From an uncultured Coriobacteriaceae bacterium (GTDB taxonomy: Bacteria > Actinomycetota > Coriobacteriia > Anaerosomatales > Anaerosomataceae): a DNA stretch of 58,784 nt. Within the stretch, counting starts at the first letter, position 1. Each line of letters opens with the position of its first letter. The notes below the pieces were generated by a model. The model saw only the letters and a program-made list of their open reading frames with translations. It made no database searches and was not told the origin of the DNA. A program made the position numbers and the translations under genes. The stretch spans positions 6,689 to 65,472 of the forward strand of contig CAYMSA010000001.1 in the NCBI GenBank assembly GCA_964392965.1. Direction: 5' to 3'. This document shows, in pieces, positions 35,632 through 44,678 of the stretch.

Positions 35632-37269
35632 ATGATGCGGTTACACCGGCGTCACATGATGCCGAACCGCGTCCCTCTGGCGGACAGTATCGGGGGCAAC
35701 GAGATGCTTGATCGAAGCGCGTTGGACGGTCGACGACCGGGGGGCACCCGGCACGTGCTGACCGGCCTCACGTCGTGGATCGTCATCCTTGTGGCAGCGT
35801 TCTGCCTGGTCAGGTTCCCGCGGTCATGGCTCATCGTGGCGGCCGTCTTCCTCGGACTCTTCCTTCTGCGCGCCATCGTGGTGCTCGTCTATGCGATCCT
35901 GAGCGACGGAACCTGTCGCACATGGGACCGCGCCGATTGGGCCGAGGATGAGGACTCCCCCCGCCACGGCGGGCTCTCCCCCGCTGACGTCCGGCATGTC
36001 GTCCTCGTCCCCAACTACAAGGAGCCGGTTTCGCTGCTCCGCCGCACGCTCGACGCCCTTGCGGGGCAGCATCGGGCGAGTGAGCGCCTCATCGTCGTCC
36101 TCGGGATGGAAGAGCGTGAACTGGACGCAGCGATCAAAGGTGAGCTCCTCGCGCACGAGTACGAGGGCCGCTTCCTGGACGTGATGGTGACGGTCCATCC
36201 GGCCGGGCTGCCAGGTGAGGTACCCGGCAAATCGTCGAATCAGGCGTGGGCGCTCAAGGAGGTCACCCGGCGGATCGGGGAGCTCTCCATCGATCCCGAT
36301 CGCGTCACGATCACCTCATGCGACGCCGACTCGGTCATGCACCGGCACTACTTCGCCGCGCTCTCCCGGCTGTTCGCCGAGGCGGAGGACCGCCATCTAC
36401 GCTTCTGGCAAGCACCGATGCAGTATTTCAACAACATCTGGCGCGTCCCGGCGCCCATCCGTTTCAGCACCTGGTTCGGCCAGGCGTGGATGCGCGCGAA
36501 CCTCCTCATGCCCTTCTATGCGAGCTTCCCCATCTCCACGTACAGCCTCTCGCTTCGGCTCGCGGTGGACTCGGGCGGCTGGGATCCCGGTGTCATTCCG
36601 GAGGACTGGCACATGTTCCTGCAGTGCTTCTTCGCAAGCGGTGAGCGTGTACAACTCAGCCCCATCTTCCTTCCGACGAACGCCGACGCGCCTGAAGGAG
36701 ATACCTGGATCTCGGGCATGAAGACGGCGTTCCAGCAGTGTGTCCGACACTCCTGGGGAGCGGAGGACGTCGGTTTCGTCGTGCGCGAGATGCGCCAGCG
36801 TGGCTTTGGCTGGAGGGCCGTGGTCCGCTTCGGGCAGGTGTACTCCGATCACGTGTTGCGCGCGGTGGGATGGTTCCTCGTGGTGGGCGCCTACCTGCTC
36901 GCCGCAGGCATGCACCCTGAGTACCAGGGCATCCTGAACGGCACCGTCTTCGACATCGGGCGTAGGGCCGCTGTGCTCGGCCCGATCTTCAGCATCGGCG
37001 CGGTCGTCATGATCGGCACACTTCTGTTCGAGATGAACCGCCAATCGATACCGCGCGAGATCCCACGTCTTCGGGTCCTCGCCGAACAGGTCCTGATGTG
37101 GATGTGCCTGCCGGTTCTCGGCTTCTACCTGGGTATGCTTCCGACGATGCAGGCCCAGACGATGTTGTTGCTCGGCCTACCGCTGACCTACAAGGTCACG
37201 CCAAAACGCGTCGCCGCCTCCCAGGATGCGACCGCCCTCGCGGCGCAGCAGCGCGCGAGCGAAATCTAG
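35632..37269 (+). CDS. Membrane-embedded processive family-2 glycosyltransferase (cellulose/chitin-synthase-like)
   Basis: VLVPNYKEP, TSCDADS (DxD), IPEDWH, QQCVRHSWG (QxxRW-like), with TM helices at both ends. Start uncertain (ATG 35632, 35635, 35656 or 35704). The track ORF start at 35110 is antisense read-through of the neighbouring gene. Confidence 0.7.
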   Translation: MMRLHRRHMMPNRVPLADSIGGNEMLDRSALDGRRPGGTRHVLTGLTSWIVILVAAFCLVRFPRSWLIVAAVFLGLFLLRAIVVLVYAILSDGTCRTWDRADWAEDEDSPRHGGLSPADVRHVVLVPNYKEPVSLLRRTLDALAGQHRASERLIVVLGMEERELDAAIKGELLAHEYEGRFLDVMVTVHPAGLPGEVPGKSSNQAWALKEVTRRIGELSIDPDRVTITSCDADSVMHRHYFAALSRLFAEAEDRHLRFWQAPMQYFNNIWRVPAPIRFSTWFGQAWMRANLLMPFYASFPISTYSLSLRLAVDSGGWDPGVIPEDWHMFLQCFFASGERVQLSPIFLPTNADAPEGDTWISGMKTAFQQCVRHSWGAEDVGFVVREMRQRGFGWRAVVRFGQVYSDHVLRAVGWFLVVGAYLLAAGMHPEYQGILNGTVFDIGRRAAVLGPIFSIGAVVMIGTLLFEMNRQSIPREIPRLRVLAEQVLMWMCLPVLGFYLGMLPTMQAQTMLLLGLPLTYKVTPKRVAASQDATALAAQQRASEI

Positions 37270-37315
37270 ACCTGAACGGGTACGCCCGGCCGATGGTCAA
37301 GCCGGGCGCCTTGCA

Positions 37316-37350
37316 GAGGACCCTGTCCGGTACTACCGGACAGGGTCCTC
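37316..37350. terminator. Perfect 15-bp hairpin, preceded by a second 8-bp hairpin at 37283..37308
   Basis: GAGGACCCTGTCCGG-tacta-CCGGACAGGGTCCTC ends 1 nt before the DUF5320 stop codon. Lies between convergent genes. Confidence 0.65.
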
Positions 37351-37569
37351 TCATGCGGTCTCAATCTCCTTGATGCGCGCTTCCATCCACTCGATCTCGG
37401 CGCGCAGGACGTGGACCTTGTGCTGGAGTACACGCTTCTCGGTCTCGGGATCGGTGATGGCTTCCTCGCCGAATGGAACCATCAGCCCCCATCCACCGAA
37501 TCCTCGCGGGGCCCCGCGCCCGCCCGTGTGCCCCCCGCCAGCAGGCATCATCGGATCGCTGCCAGACAT
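37351..37569 (-). CDS. DUF5320-like small protein (Gly-rich N-terminus plus C-terminal coiled coil)
   Basis: MSGSDPMMPAGGGHTGGRGAPRGFGGWG...ETEKRVLQHKVHVLRAEIEWMEARIKEIETA. Start trimmed to Met19 with a GAGGAGG RBS. Confidence 0.55.
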   Translation of the reverse strand: MSGSDPMMPAGGGHTGGRGAPRGFGGWGLMVPFGEEAITDPETEKRVLQHKVHVLRAEIEWMEARIKEIETA

Positions 37570-37672
37570 AGTAGACACCTCCTCGCCACGTCGCCTACCG
37601 TGAGCGTACCCTGCGCGGCTCACGCGCTAACTGCGAGACGCGACGTTACGCCCGACGAAGGACCTCGGCGCT

Positions 37673-39382
37673 CTACGGCGTGTCGTGGCGACCCTGGGCC
37701 CTGAGCTTCGCCCACGTATCCTTGAGGGTAAGCGTGCGGTTGAAGACAGGTGCGCCGGGTGCCGAGTCAGGGTCGGCGCAGAAGTAGCCGAGCCGCTCGA
37801 ACTGGACGGTCTCGCCGACTTCGGCATCGGCAAGCGACGGTTCCACGTAGCAGCCACGCAGCACGGTCTCCGAACCAGAATCGAGCGCCTCAAGCACGTC
37901 TCGTCCGTCCCGGCCGGGATGCGAATCGGCGAACAGATGGTCGTACAACCGAACCTCGGCAGGCACGGCGTGCGCTGCAGAGAGCCAGTGCAGCGTCGCC
38001 TTCGGCCTCCTGCCATCGGGTGCATTGCCGCCGCGCGTCGCGGGGTCATAGGTGCACCGGAGCTCGGTCACAAGGCCGGTTTCGTCCTTGATCACCTCGT
38101 GGCACGTGATGAAGTACGCCGAGCGCAGCCGCACCTCGCGACCTGGCGCGAGGCGGTAGAACTTCTTCGGCGGATCCTCCATGAAGTCACCGCGCTCGAT
38201 GAAGAGCTCACGGGAGAACGGCACCTGCCGGGTACCGGCCGACTCATCCTCGGGATTGTTGGTGACCTCCATCTGCTCGACGAGGTCTGCGGGGTAGTTC
38301 TCGATGACGACCTTGACGGGGTCGAGCACGGCAAGGCGGCGCAGGGCCGTCCGGTTGAGCACGGTGCGCACCGCATACTCCAGCATCTCGATCTCGGCGG
38401 TGCTGTCCGCCCGGGCGACGCCGACCATCGCGGCGAAGTCGCGGATAGCCTCGGCGGGAAAGCCCCTGCGGCGGATGCCGGTGAGCGTGGGCATCCGCGG
38501 ATCGTCCCAGCCGCGAACGCGCCCGTCCTTCACGAGTCTCAGGAGCGTGCGCTTCGAGAGCACGGTGTGCGTGAGATTGAGGCGGGCGAACTCGTACTGG
38601 CGCGGCTTCGACGGCACCGGGAGGTTCTCGATGAACCACTCGTAGAGCGGGCGGTGGTCCTGGAACTCGAGTGTGCACAGCGAGTGCGTGATGCCTTCGA
38701 TGGCGTCCGACTGCCCGTGTGCGAAGTCGTACGAGGGGTAGATGCACCAGGCATCGCCGGTGCGAGGATGCTCGGCGTGCACGATGCGATAGAGCACGGG
38801 GTCGCGGAAGTTGATGTTGCCCGAGGTCATGTCGATCTTGGCCCGCAGGACACGCGAGCCGTCAGGAAACTCGCCCGAGCGCATGCGCTCGAAGAGGTCC
38901 AGGTTCTCCTCGACCGACCGGTCACGCCAGGGGCTGTTCTTGCCGGGCTCGGTGAGCGTGCCCCGGTACGCACGGATATCCTCGGCGGAGAGGTCGTCGA
39001 CGTACGCCTTGCCGGCGCGGATCAGATGCACGGCCCACTCGTAGAGCTGCTCGAAGTAGTCCGACGCGTGGTGCAGATGCTCGCCCCAGTCGAAGCCGAG
39101 CCAGCGCACGTCGGCCTTGATGGCGTCGATGTACTCCTGCTCCTCCTTGGCGGGGTTGGTGTCGTCGAAGCGCAGGTGGCACCGTCCGCCGAACTCCTGC
39201 GCCATGCCGAAGTTCAGGCAGATGGACTTCGCATGCCCGATGTGGAGGTAACCGTTGGGTTCCGGAGGGAACCTCGTCACGACGCCGTCGACGCGACCGG
39301 CGGCCAGGTCGGCGGCGATGATGTCGCGGACGAAGTTGCTGCGCTCGGAGGTCTCGGTGGGGTTGTTCGTGTCGTTTTCCAT
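37673..39382 (-). CDS. glnS: Glutaminyl-tRNA synthetase
   Basis: [30 protein letters not shown] (HIGH), LTHTVLSKR (KMSKS-type), and the C-terminal anticodon-binding region typical of GlnRS. Start trimmed to Met72 (39382). Confidence 0.88.
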   Translation of the reverse strand: MENDTNNPTETSERSNFVRDIIAADLAAGRVDGVVTRFPPEPNGYLHIGHAKSICLNFGMAQEFGGRCHLRFDDTNPAKEEQEYIDAIKADVRWLGFDWGEHLHHASDYFEQLYEWAVHLIRAGKAYVDDLSAEDIRAYRGTLTEPGKNSPWRDRSVEENLDLFERMRSGEFPDGSRVLRAKIDMTSGNINFRDPVLYRIVHAEHPRTGDAWCIYPSYDFAHGQSDAIEGITHSLCTLEFQDHRPLYEWFIENLPVPSKPRQYEFARLNLTHTVLSKRTLLRLVKDGRVRGWDDPRMPTLTGIRRRGFPAEAIRDFAAMVGVARADSTAEIEMLEYAVRTVLNRTALRRLAVLDPVKVVIENYPADLVEQMEVTNNPEDESAGTRQVPFSRELFIERGDFMEDPPKKFYRLAPGREVRLRSAYFITCHEVIKDETGLVTELRCTYDPATRGGNAPDGRRPKATLHWLSAAHAVPAEVRLYDHLFADSHPGRDGRDVLEALDSGSETVLRGCYVEPSLADAEVGETVQFERLGYFCADPDSAPGAPVFNRTLTLKDTWAKLRAQGRHDTP

Positions 39383-39585
39383 AGGCGCGAAGATAGCACA
39401 CAAGCGGAGGCTCCGCCTCAGGATCACGCCCTCGCGCGGTCGCCCGTGAGTCAGCGGACATCCCGGCCACGCGGTCTCTCCGGCACGGCCATCCGCTGCT
39501 CCCCTCGTGGTGCCGAGCTGAAATCCGGCTGAACATATGCACCTCGGCCACAGCTGACGCGTACAATCGGCCTGGTGAAACGACG

Positions 39586-40443
39586 ATGGGAACACACGTG
39601 ACGACGCGCGTCCCCGATACGACCTTCAGGCACGCACGACCCGCAGCCGATCGCCCGACGGGCGACCGCGTCCTGCTCGTGGATGACGAACAGGCGATCC
39701 TCGACCTGTTACGGCTCGTGCTCGAACGTGAAGGGTTCAAGGACGTGGTCACCGCCGTGACCGCCTCGGAGGCGATGGCCGCCATCGCGGTGACTCCTCC
39801 CGCGCTCATCGTCCTCGACGTGATGCTGCCCGACGGCGACGGCTACTCACTCGCAGCCCGCATGCGCGAGACGTGCGATGCGCCGATACTCTTCCTCACC
39901 GCCAGGAGCTCGGACCTCGACAAGCTTACCGGCTTCGGTGTGGGCGGAGACGACTACGTGACCAAGCCGTTCAATCCGCTCGAGGTCGTCGCGCGTATCC
40001 GCGCGCTCATGCGTCGCATCACCGGCTCCCCGGCCGTCCGGGACGAACGCGGTTCCGGCGTGCACGATTTCGGCGGCTTCGTCCTGAACGAGGCCGAGTG
40101 CCGACTGACCGTCGGCGGTCGCGACGTGGCCACCCCTGCGCGTGAGTTCCAACTGCTGGCCTTCCTCTGTCGCCATCCCGGGCGGGTCTTCTCCAAGCGC
40201 CAGTTGTACCGGCAGGTGTGGGGCGAGGAAGCGCTCGGCGAGGCCGACGACAACACCGTGCAGGTGCATATCCGCCGTCTTCGGGAGAAGATCGAGCCGG
40301 AGCCCGGCGAACCACGCTACCTGCTCACGATGCGCGGGCTCGGCTACAAGCTCGTCCGGCCCGCTGCCGGACCGCCGGAAAGCGACCGGTTGCCGATGGC
40401 CGACGAAACACACGGCACCCGTGGTCCGGGAAGTGCCCGGTGA
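39586..40443 (+). CDS. OmpR-family response regulator
   Basis: [30 protein letters not shown], winged helix [11 protein letters not shown]. The N-terminal 27 aa are uncertain (alternative GTG 39598). Confidence 0.85.
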   Translation: MGTHVTTRVPDTTFRHARPAADRPTGDRVLLVDDEQAILDLLRLVLEREGFKDVVTAVTASEAMAAIAVTPPALIVLDVMLPDGDGYSLAARMRETCDAPILFLTARSSDLDKLTGFGVGGDDYVTKPFNPLEVVARIRALMRRITGSPAVRDERGSGVHDFGGFVLNEAECRLTVGGRDVATPAREFQLLAFLCRHPGRVFSKRQLYRQVWGEEALGEADDNTVQVHIRRLREKIEPEPGEPRYLLTMRGLGYKLVRPAAGPPESDRLPMADETHGTRGPGSAR

Positions 40444-41906
40444 GACTCCAGGGACGCCTCACCGGGCACTTCCTCAAGCGCGTGGCGCTGCTCATCGGTG
40501 CGCTCGGCACGGTGTTCATCGTCTGGGGCGTGATCCTGCTCGCCAACTCCGGCCATCTCTCCGTCAGAGAGTACACGCCGCTGCAGCTCCTCGAGCAGGC
40601 CGAGGAGGGGGCGACGCTCACGCCCGAGGGCGATCTGGCGCTCTCGGCCGAGACCTCGGCCACCATCCTCGACGGCGCCCACTGGCTGCAGGTACTCGAC
40701 GAAGACGGCGCGGTCATCTCGGACATCAAGGCACCGGAGGCGGCGCAAGATCACTACACGCCCGGCGAGCTCGTGCTCTACCGGCAGAGCCCGGAGCGGA
40801 TCGGACAGGCCGCGCTACACACATGGATGGCGACGGTCGAGGACAGAAGCTTCACGTTCGTGCTCGGCCAGTCCGAAGACACCGTGACACAGCGCCTCGG
40901 CCGCTATGCCCTCACCTCCGACGGTGCCTCGCTCGTGGACCTGACGGTGCTCATCGTCGCTGGCATGGTGGTCGTGTTCGGCGTGGCGGGGATCTTCGCC
41001 CGCACGCTCTCCAAGCCGATGAACCACATGATGCGCTGGCTGAGCGCACTGGCCGAGGGTGACTACGCCGAGCCGGTGGACCGCAAGGGGCACCCCGTCA
41101 GCCGCACCCGCGACGGCCGCTCGCGCCGCAAGCCCTACCGGACGTACCGCGAGGTCTTCGACTCGCTCGACGTGCTTACGGGCGAACTCCGTCGCGCCCG
41201 CACGGAGAGCGAGCGTCTCGACGCCGCCCGTGAGGAGTGGATCGCGGGCATCACGCACGACCTCCGCACGCCGCTCACCTCGGTACGTGGCTACGCGGAC
41301 GTACTCGCGAGCGACTACGAGTTCGACCCTGCCGAGGTCCGCCGCCAGGCCGCGATCATCGCTCGGCAGGCGGAGCACCTGCAGGAGCTCATCGACGACC
41401 TCATGCTGACGTTCCGCCTGAACGCGGACGCGCTGCCGCTCTCCCGCACGCGGACGGACCTCATCGAGCTTGTCCGCGATGCCGCAGTGGATCTCGCGAA
41501 CGACCCGAGGGCGGGAGGATGCGAGGTCGTTTTCGATGAGCCGCCCGGCACGGGTGAGGTGGCCGTAGATGTGGACCCGATGCTCTTTCGTCGGGCCGTC
41601 AGCAACCTACTCACGAACGCAGCGGTGCACAATCCCACCGGGACCACGGTGCGCATCCGCGTGATGAGGGACAGCGGCTCCGCGCAGGTCAGCATCGCCG
41701 ACGACGGCACGGGCATGGACGCCGCGACGCTCGAGCGCCTGTTCGACCGCTACTACCGGGGCACGAGCACCGAGTCCATGAGCGACGGAACCGGCCTCGG
41801 CATGGCCATCGCGCGGCAGATAGTCGAGGCGCACGGCGGCACGCTCGAGGCATCAAGTGCGGCCGGGGCAGGAACGACCGTCACGCTTCGGATTCCGGCA
41901 CCGTAG
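40440..41906 (+). CDS. Sensor histidine kinase (two TM helices, HAMP-like, HisKA, HATPase_c)
   Basis: GTG start overlaps the RR stop (GTGA). H-box EWIAGITHDLRTPLTSVRGY, N-box LLTNAAVHN, G-boxes DDGTGM and GTGLGMAIARQIVEAHGG. Confidence 0.85.
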   Translation: MRLQGRLTGHFLKRVALLIGALGTVFIVWGVILLANSGHLSVREYTPLQLLEQAEEGATLTPEGDLALSAETSATILDGAHWLQVLDEDGAVISDIKAPEAAQDHYTPGELVLYRQSPERIGQAALHTWMATVEDRSFTFVLGQSEDTVTQRLGRYALTSDGASLVDLTVLIVAGMVVVFGVAGIFARTLSKPMNHMMRWLSALAEGDYAEPVDRKGHPVSRTRDGRSRRKPYRTYREVFDSLDVLTGELRRARTESERLDAAREEWIAGITHDLRTPLTSVRGYADVLASDYEFDPAEVRRQAAIIARQAEHLQELIDDLMLTFRLNADALPLSRTRTDLIELVRDAAVDLANDPRAGGCEVVFDEPPGTGEVAVDVDPMLFRRAVSNLLTNAAVHNPTGTTVRIRVMRDSGSAQVSIADDGTGMDAATLERLFDRYYRGTSTESMSDGTGLGMAIARQIVEAHGGTLEASSAAGAGTTVTLRIPAP

Positions 41907-42013
41907 CGGACCAGCCCACACGGAACGCCACTCGCGAGTTCAACCGGAGTTCAGCTTCCGTTGTGCCTGGCTTCAGGCCACGCCTCCACACTTGCATCAG
42001 GAGGTGGTGCGAC

Positions 42014-42928
42014 GTGGATACCCCTGTCGTCGAGACACATGCACTCACCAAGCGGTACGGAACCCGGGCGGTCGTCGATCACATCGATCTCAAGGTCGAG
42101 CCCGGGCAGATCTACGGTTTCCTCGGCCTGAACGGTGCCGGCAAGACCACGACCATCCGCATGCTGATGGGCCTCATCCGCCCGACCGAAGGGGAGATGC
42201 GCCTCTTCGGCACCCCGGTGCCCGCCGAGCGGCTCCGCGTCATGCGTCGGGTGGGCTCGCTCGTGGAGAGCCCGAGCTACTACGGACACCTGAGCGGTCG
42301 GGACAACCTGCGTGTGCTCGCGGTCATGCTCGACATACCCGACCGGCGCATCTCGGAGGTCCTGGAGATCGTGCGGCTGTCGTCGGAGGCGAAGAAGCGG
42401 GTCAAGGACTACTCGCTCGGCATGAAGCAGCGGCTCGGCATCGCCGCTGCGCTCCTCGGCTCTCCCGAGCTCCTCGTCCTCGATGAACCGACGAACGGCC
42501 TGGACCCGGCCGGCATCCACGAGGTGCGCGACCTCATCCGTCGCATGCCCCGGGAGCACGGCATGACCGTGCTCGTCTCGAGCCACCTGCTCGCCGAGGT
42601 CGACCAGATGGCGACCTCGGTGGGGGTCATCCACGCCGGGCGCCTCGTGTTCCAGGGGCCGATCGAGAACCTGCGTGCGCGCAGCCGTGGGCACGTCCTC
42701 GTGACCGTCGACCGCCCCTCGGAGGCCCTCGCGCTCCTCAACGGTCAGGGCCGCGATGTGCGCATCGAGCAGGGTATGCTCCGGCTGGACTCGACCGCGC
42801 ACTCGGACGCCGCGCGGCTGGTCAAGGCGCTCGTCGAGCGTGACGTGGCCGTCTACCGCGTCGAGGAGCGGCAGCGCACGCTCGAGGAGATCTTCCTCGA
42901 GCTCACGTCCGAAGCGAGCCTGGCATGA
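42014..42928 (+). CDS. ABC transporter ATP-binding protein, lantibiotic/bacitracin-protection (LanF/BcrA-like) class
   Basis: GTG start after CAGGAGGTGG. GLNGAGKTT, YSLGMKQRLGIAAAL, LVLDEPTNGLD. Confidence 0.8.
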   Translation: MDTPVVETHALTKRYGTRAVVDHIDLKVEPGQIYGFLGLNGAGKTTTIRMLMGLIRPTEGEMRLFGTPVPAERLRVMRRVGSLVESPSYYGHLSGRDNLRVLAVMLDIPDRRISEVLEIVRLSSEAKKRVKDYSLGMKQRLGIAAALLGSPELLVLDEPTNGLDPAGIHEVRDLIRRMPREHGMTVLVSSHLLAEVDQMATSVGVIHAGRLVFQGPIENLRARSRGHVLVTVDRPSEALALLNGQGRDVRIEQGMLRLDSTAHSDAARLVKALVERDVAVYRVEERQRTLEEIFLELTSEASLA

Positions 42929-43779
42929 ACCCCGCAACGCCCGCCCGGGCACCACGCCTGCCGAGGACCGGCAACCCTGCACGCGCCGACGAGAACCGCA
43001 CCCGCAGCGTCTCGTTCGGTGCGCTGCTCGTCGCGGACTGGCGTCGCATCCAGCACACCTGGATGCTCCCGCTCACGGTGATCGGCCCCGCCGGCGTGAC
43101 ACTCCTCGGCGTCGTTCTCTTCCTCCTGCGCGGCGAGTGGCTGCTCGCAGGATTCGACCCGGCGCGTCACTCGGGACTCGATATCGTCCTCGCGCAGCTC
43201 GGCCTCATCGAGGTCTTCGCGCTCTGCCTCGGCACGACACTCCTCGCGTCGATGATCGTGGATGTCGAGCACCGCTCGGACACGTGGAAGACGCTCTTCG
43301 CGCTCCCCGTCGGCCGGTGGAAGGCCTACCTCGCGAAGTTCACGTGGGTCGCCGTGCTCCTGGCGGTGGCCTCGCTCCTCATGGCGCTCGGCTACGCGGC
43401 CATCGTGTACTGGCAGGGCATCGACCCGGTGGCATGGGACACACTCGCGGGCGTGGTCTTCTTCCCCTGGGTCGGAACGCTCCCACTCCTGGCCTTTCAA
43501 CTGTTTGTCTCGACCGGGCTCAAGAACCAGGCCCTCCCGCTCGCACTCGGCATCATCACGCCGATGTTCGGGATGGGGCTGAGCGGGCTTCCCGTCTGGC
43601 TGCCGTGGCGCCTTCCGGGCGAGGCACTTGACGTGGCCGCGGCAGCCGGAGCAGTCTCCCTCGGCTCGAACATCACCACGTCGCTCTCGGCGACCGGAAT
43701 CGTGGCAGCCGCCGTCTGTGGCGTCGTGATTCTACTCGCCGCCGGCATCGCCATGCTCGACCGGAAGGAGATCGTATGA
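42925..43779 (+). CDS. ABC-2 permease, LanE/MutE-like
   Basis: 284 aa, 6 TM segments. ATGA overlap with the ATPase gene. Size and topology match lantibiotic-immunity permeases. Confidence 0.6.
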   Translation: MNPATPARAPRLPRTGNPARADENRTRSVSFGALLVADWRRIQHTWMLPLTVIGPAGVTLLGVVLFLLRGEWLLAGFDPARHSGLDIVLAQLGLIEVFALCLGTTLLASMIVDVEHRSDTWKTLFALPVGRWKAYLAKFTWVAVLLAVASLLMALGYAAIVYWQGIDPVAWDTLAGVVFFPWVGTLPLLAFQLFVSTGLKNQALPLALGIITPMFGMGLSGLPVWLPWRLPGEALDVAAAAGAVSLGSNITTSLSATGIVAAAVCGVVILLAAGIAMLDRKEIV

Positions 43780-44540
43780 GCGCGTCCGCGCAAGGAACCG
43801 CCACGTTCGGGCGCGCTCTGCGGGCCGAGCTGCTCAAGGCCCCGTGGCTGCTGTTGGGCTGCCTTGTCGTGGGTGGAGGCATTGTGGCCATCCTCCTGAG
43901 TGGCGACGCCCCGGCCCTGGAGTCCGAACACTGGCAGTTGTCCTACCAGTTCGCCGTCATGCAATACGCGTGGCTCTTCTACCCGCTGCTCGCCGGGGTG
44001 TTCGCCGCCCTCCTCTGCCGGACGGAGCACATCGGCGGTGGCTGGAAGCAGCTGCTCGCCCTGCCGGTGCGAAGGAGCAGCGTCTACCTCGCCAAGTACC
44101 TCCTGCTCGCGGCGCTGCTGGCCGCCACCAGCATCGTCTTCGGCCTCGGCTTCGTGGGTGCCGGACTGCTGAAGGGACTGCCAGGTATCGTCCCATGGGG
44201 GATCATCGGACGCTCGGTCCTCGCCGGATGGGTGGCCGTGCTTCCCCTTGCGGCGCTGCAGCTATGGGTGTCGAGCCGCTGGAGAAGCTTCGGCGCCGCA
44301 CTCGCACTCAACGTCTGCTGCACGCTCCCGGCGATCTTCGCGGCACAGTCCGGCGAGTACGGCCCATGGTACCCGTGGGCCCAGCCGCTGCTCGCGATGC
44401 TGCCGGACCGTGCGGAGATCTCGGCCGGCGGACCACTCTCGATCGCGCCTGAGACGTTCTGGCTCGTCATCGTCGGCGGCTTCGTTGTCGCACTCGCGGG
44501 TGGGCTTCTCACCATGGTGCGCACTGACGTGCCCTCGTAG
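43776..44540 (+). CDS. ABC-2 permease, LanG/MutG-like
   Basis: 254 aa, 6 TM segments. ATGA overlap with the preceding permease gene. Confidence 0.6.
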   Translation: MSASAQGTATFGRALRAELLKAPWLLLGCLVVGGGIVAILLSGDAPALESEHWQLSYQFAVMQYAWLFYPLLAGVFAALLCRTEHIGGGWKQLLALPVRRSSVYLAKYLLLAALLAATSIVFGLGFVGAGLLKGLPGIVPWGIIGRSVLAGWVAVLPLAALQLWVSSRWRSFGAALALNVCCTLPAIFAAQSGEYGPWYPWAQPLLAMLPDRAEISAGGPLSIAPETFWLVIVGGFVVALAGGLLTMVRTDVPS

Positions 44541-44586
44541 TACGCGAAGCCGCGCACTCCCGGCCCTCCCCCTCCAGTCACGACGA

Positions 44587-44629
44587 GCGAGGCTCCCTCG
44601 GCGGAAAGAACCTGCCGAGGGAGCCTCGC
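44587..44629. terminator. Perfect 16-bp hairpin between convergent genes
   Basis: GCGAGGCTCCCTCGGC-ggaaagaacct-GCCGAGGGAGCCTCGC. Confidence 0.65.
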
Positions 44630-44678
44630 GTCCACTCACGTGCCGACCCGGATTCCGGGCCTGCCGTCACTCATCCCG

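Noticed and set aside
37685-39532. 615-aa plus-strand ORF
   Set aside because: It is antisense to glnS (HIGH and KMSKS-type motifs on the minus strand) and has low-complexity Arg/Gly/Val composition.
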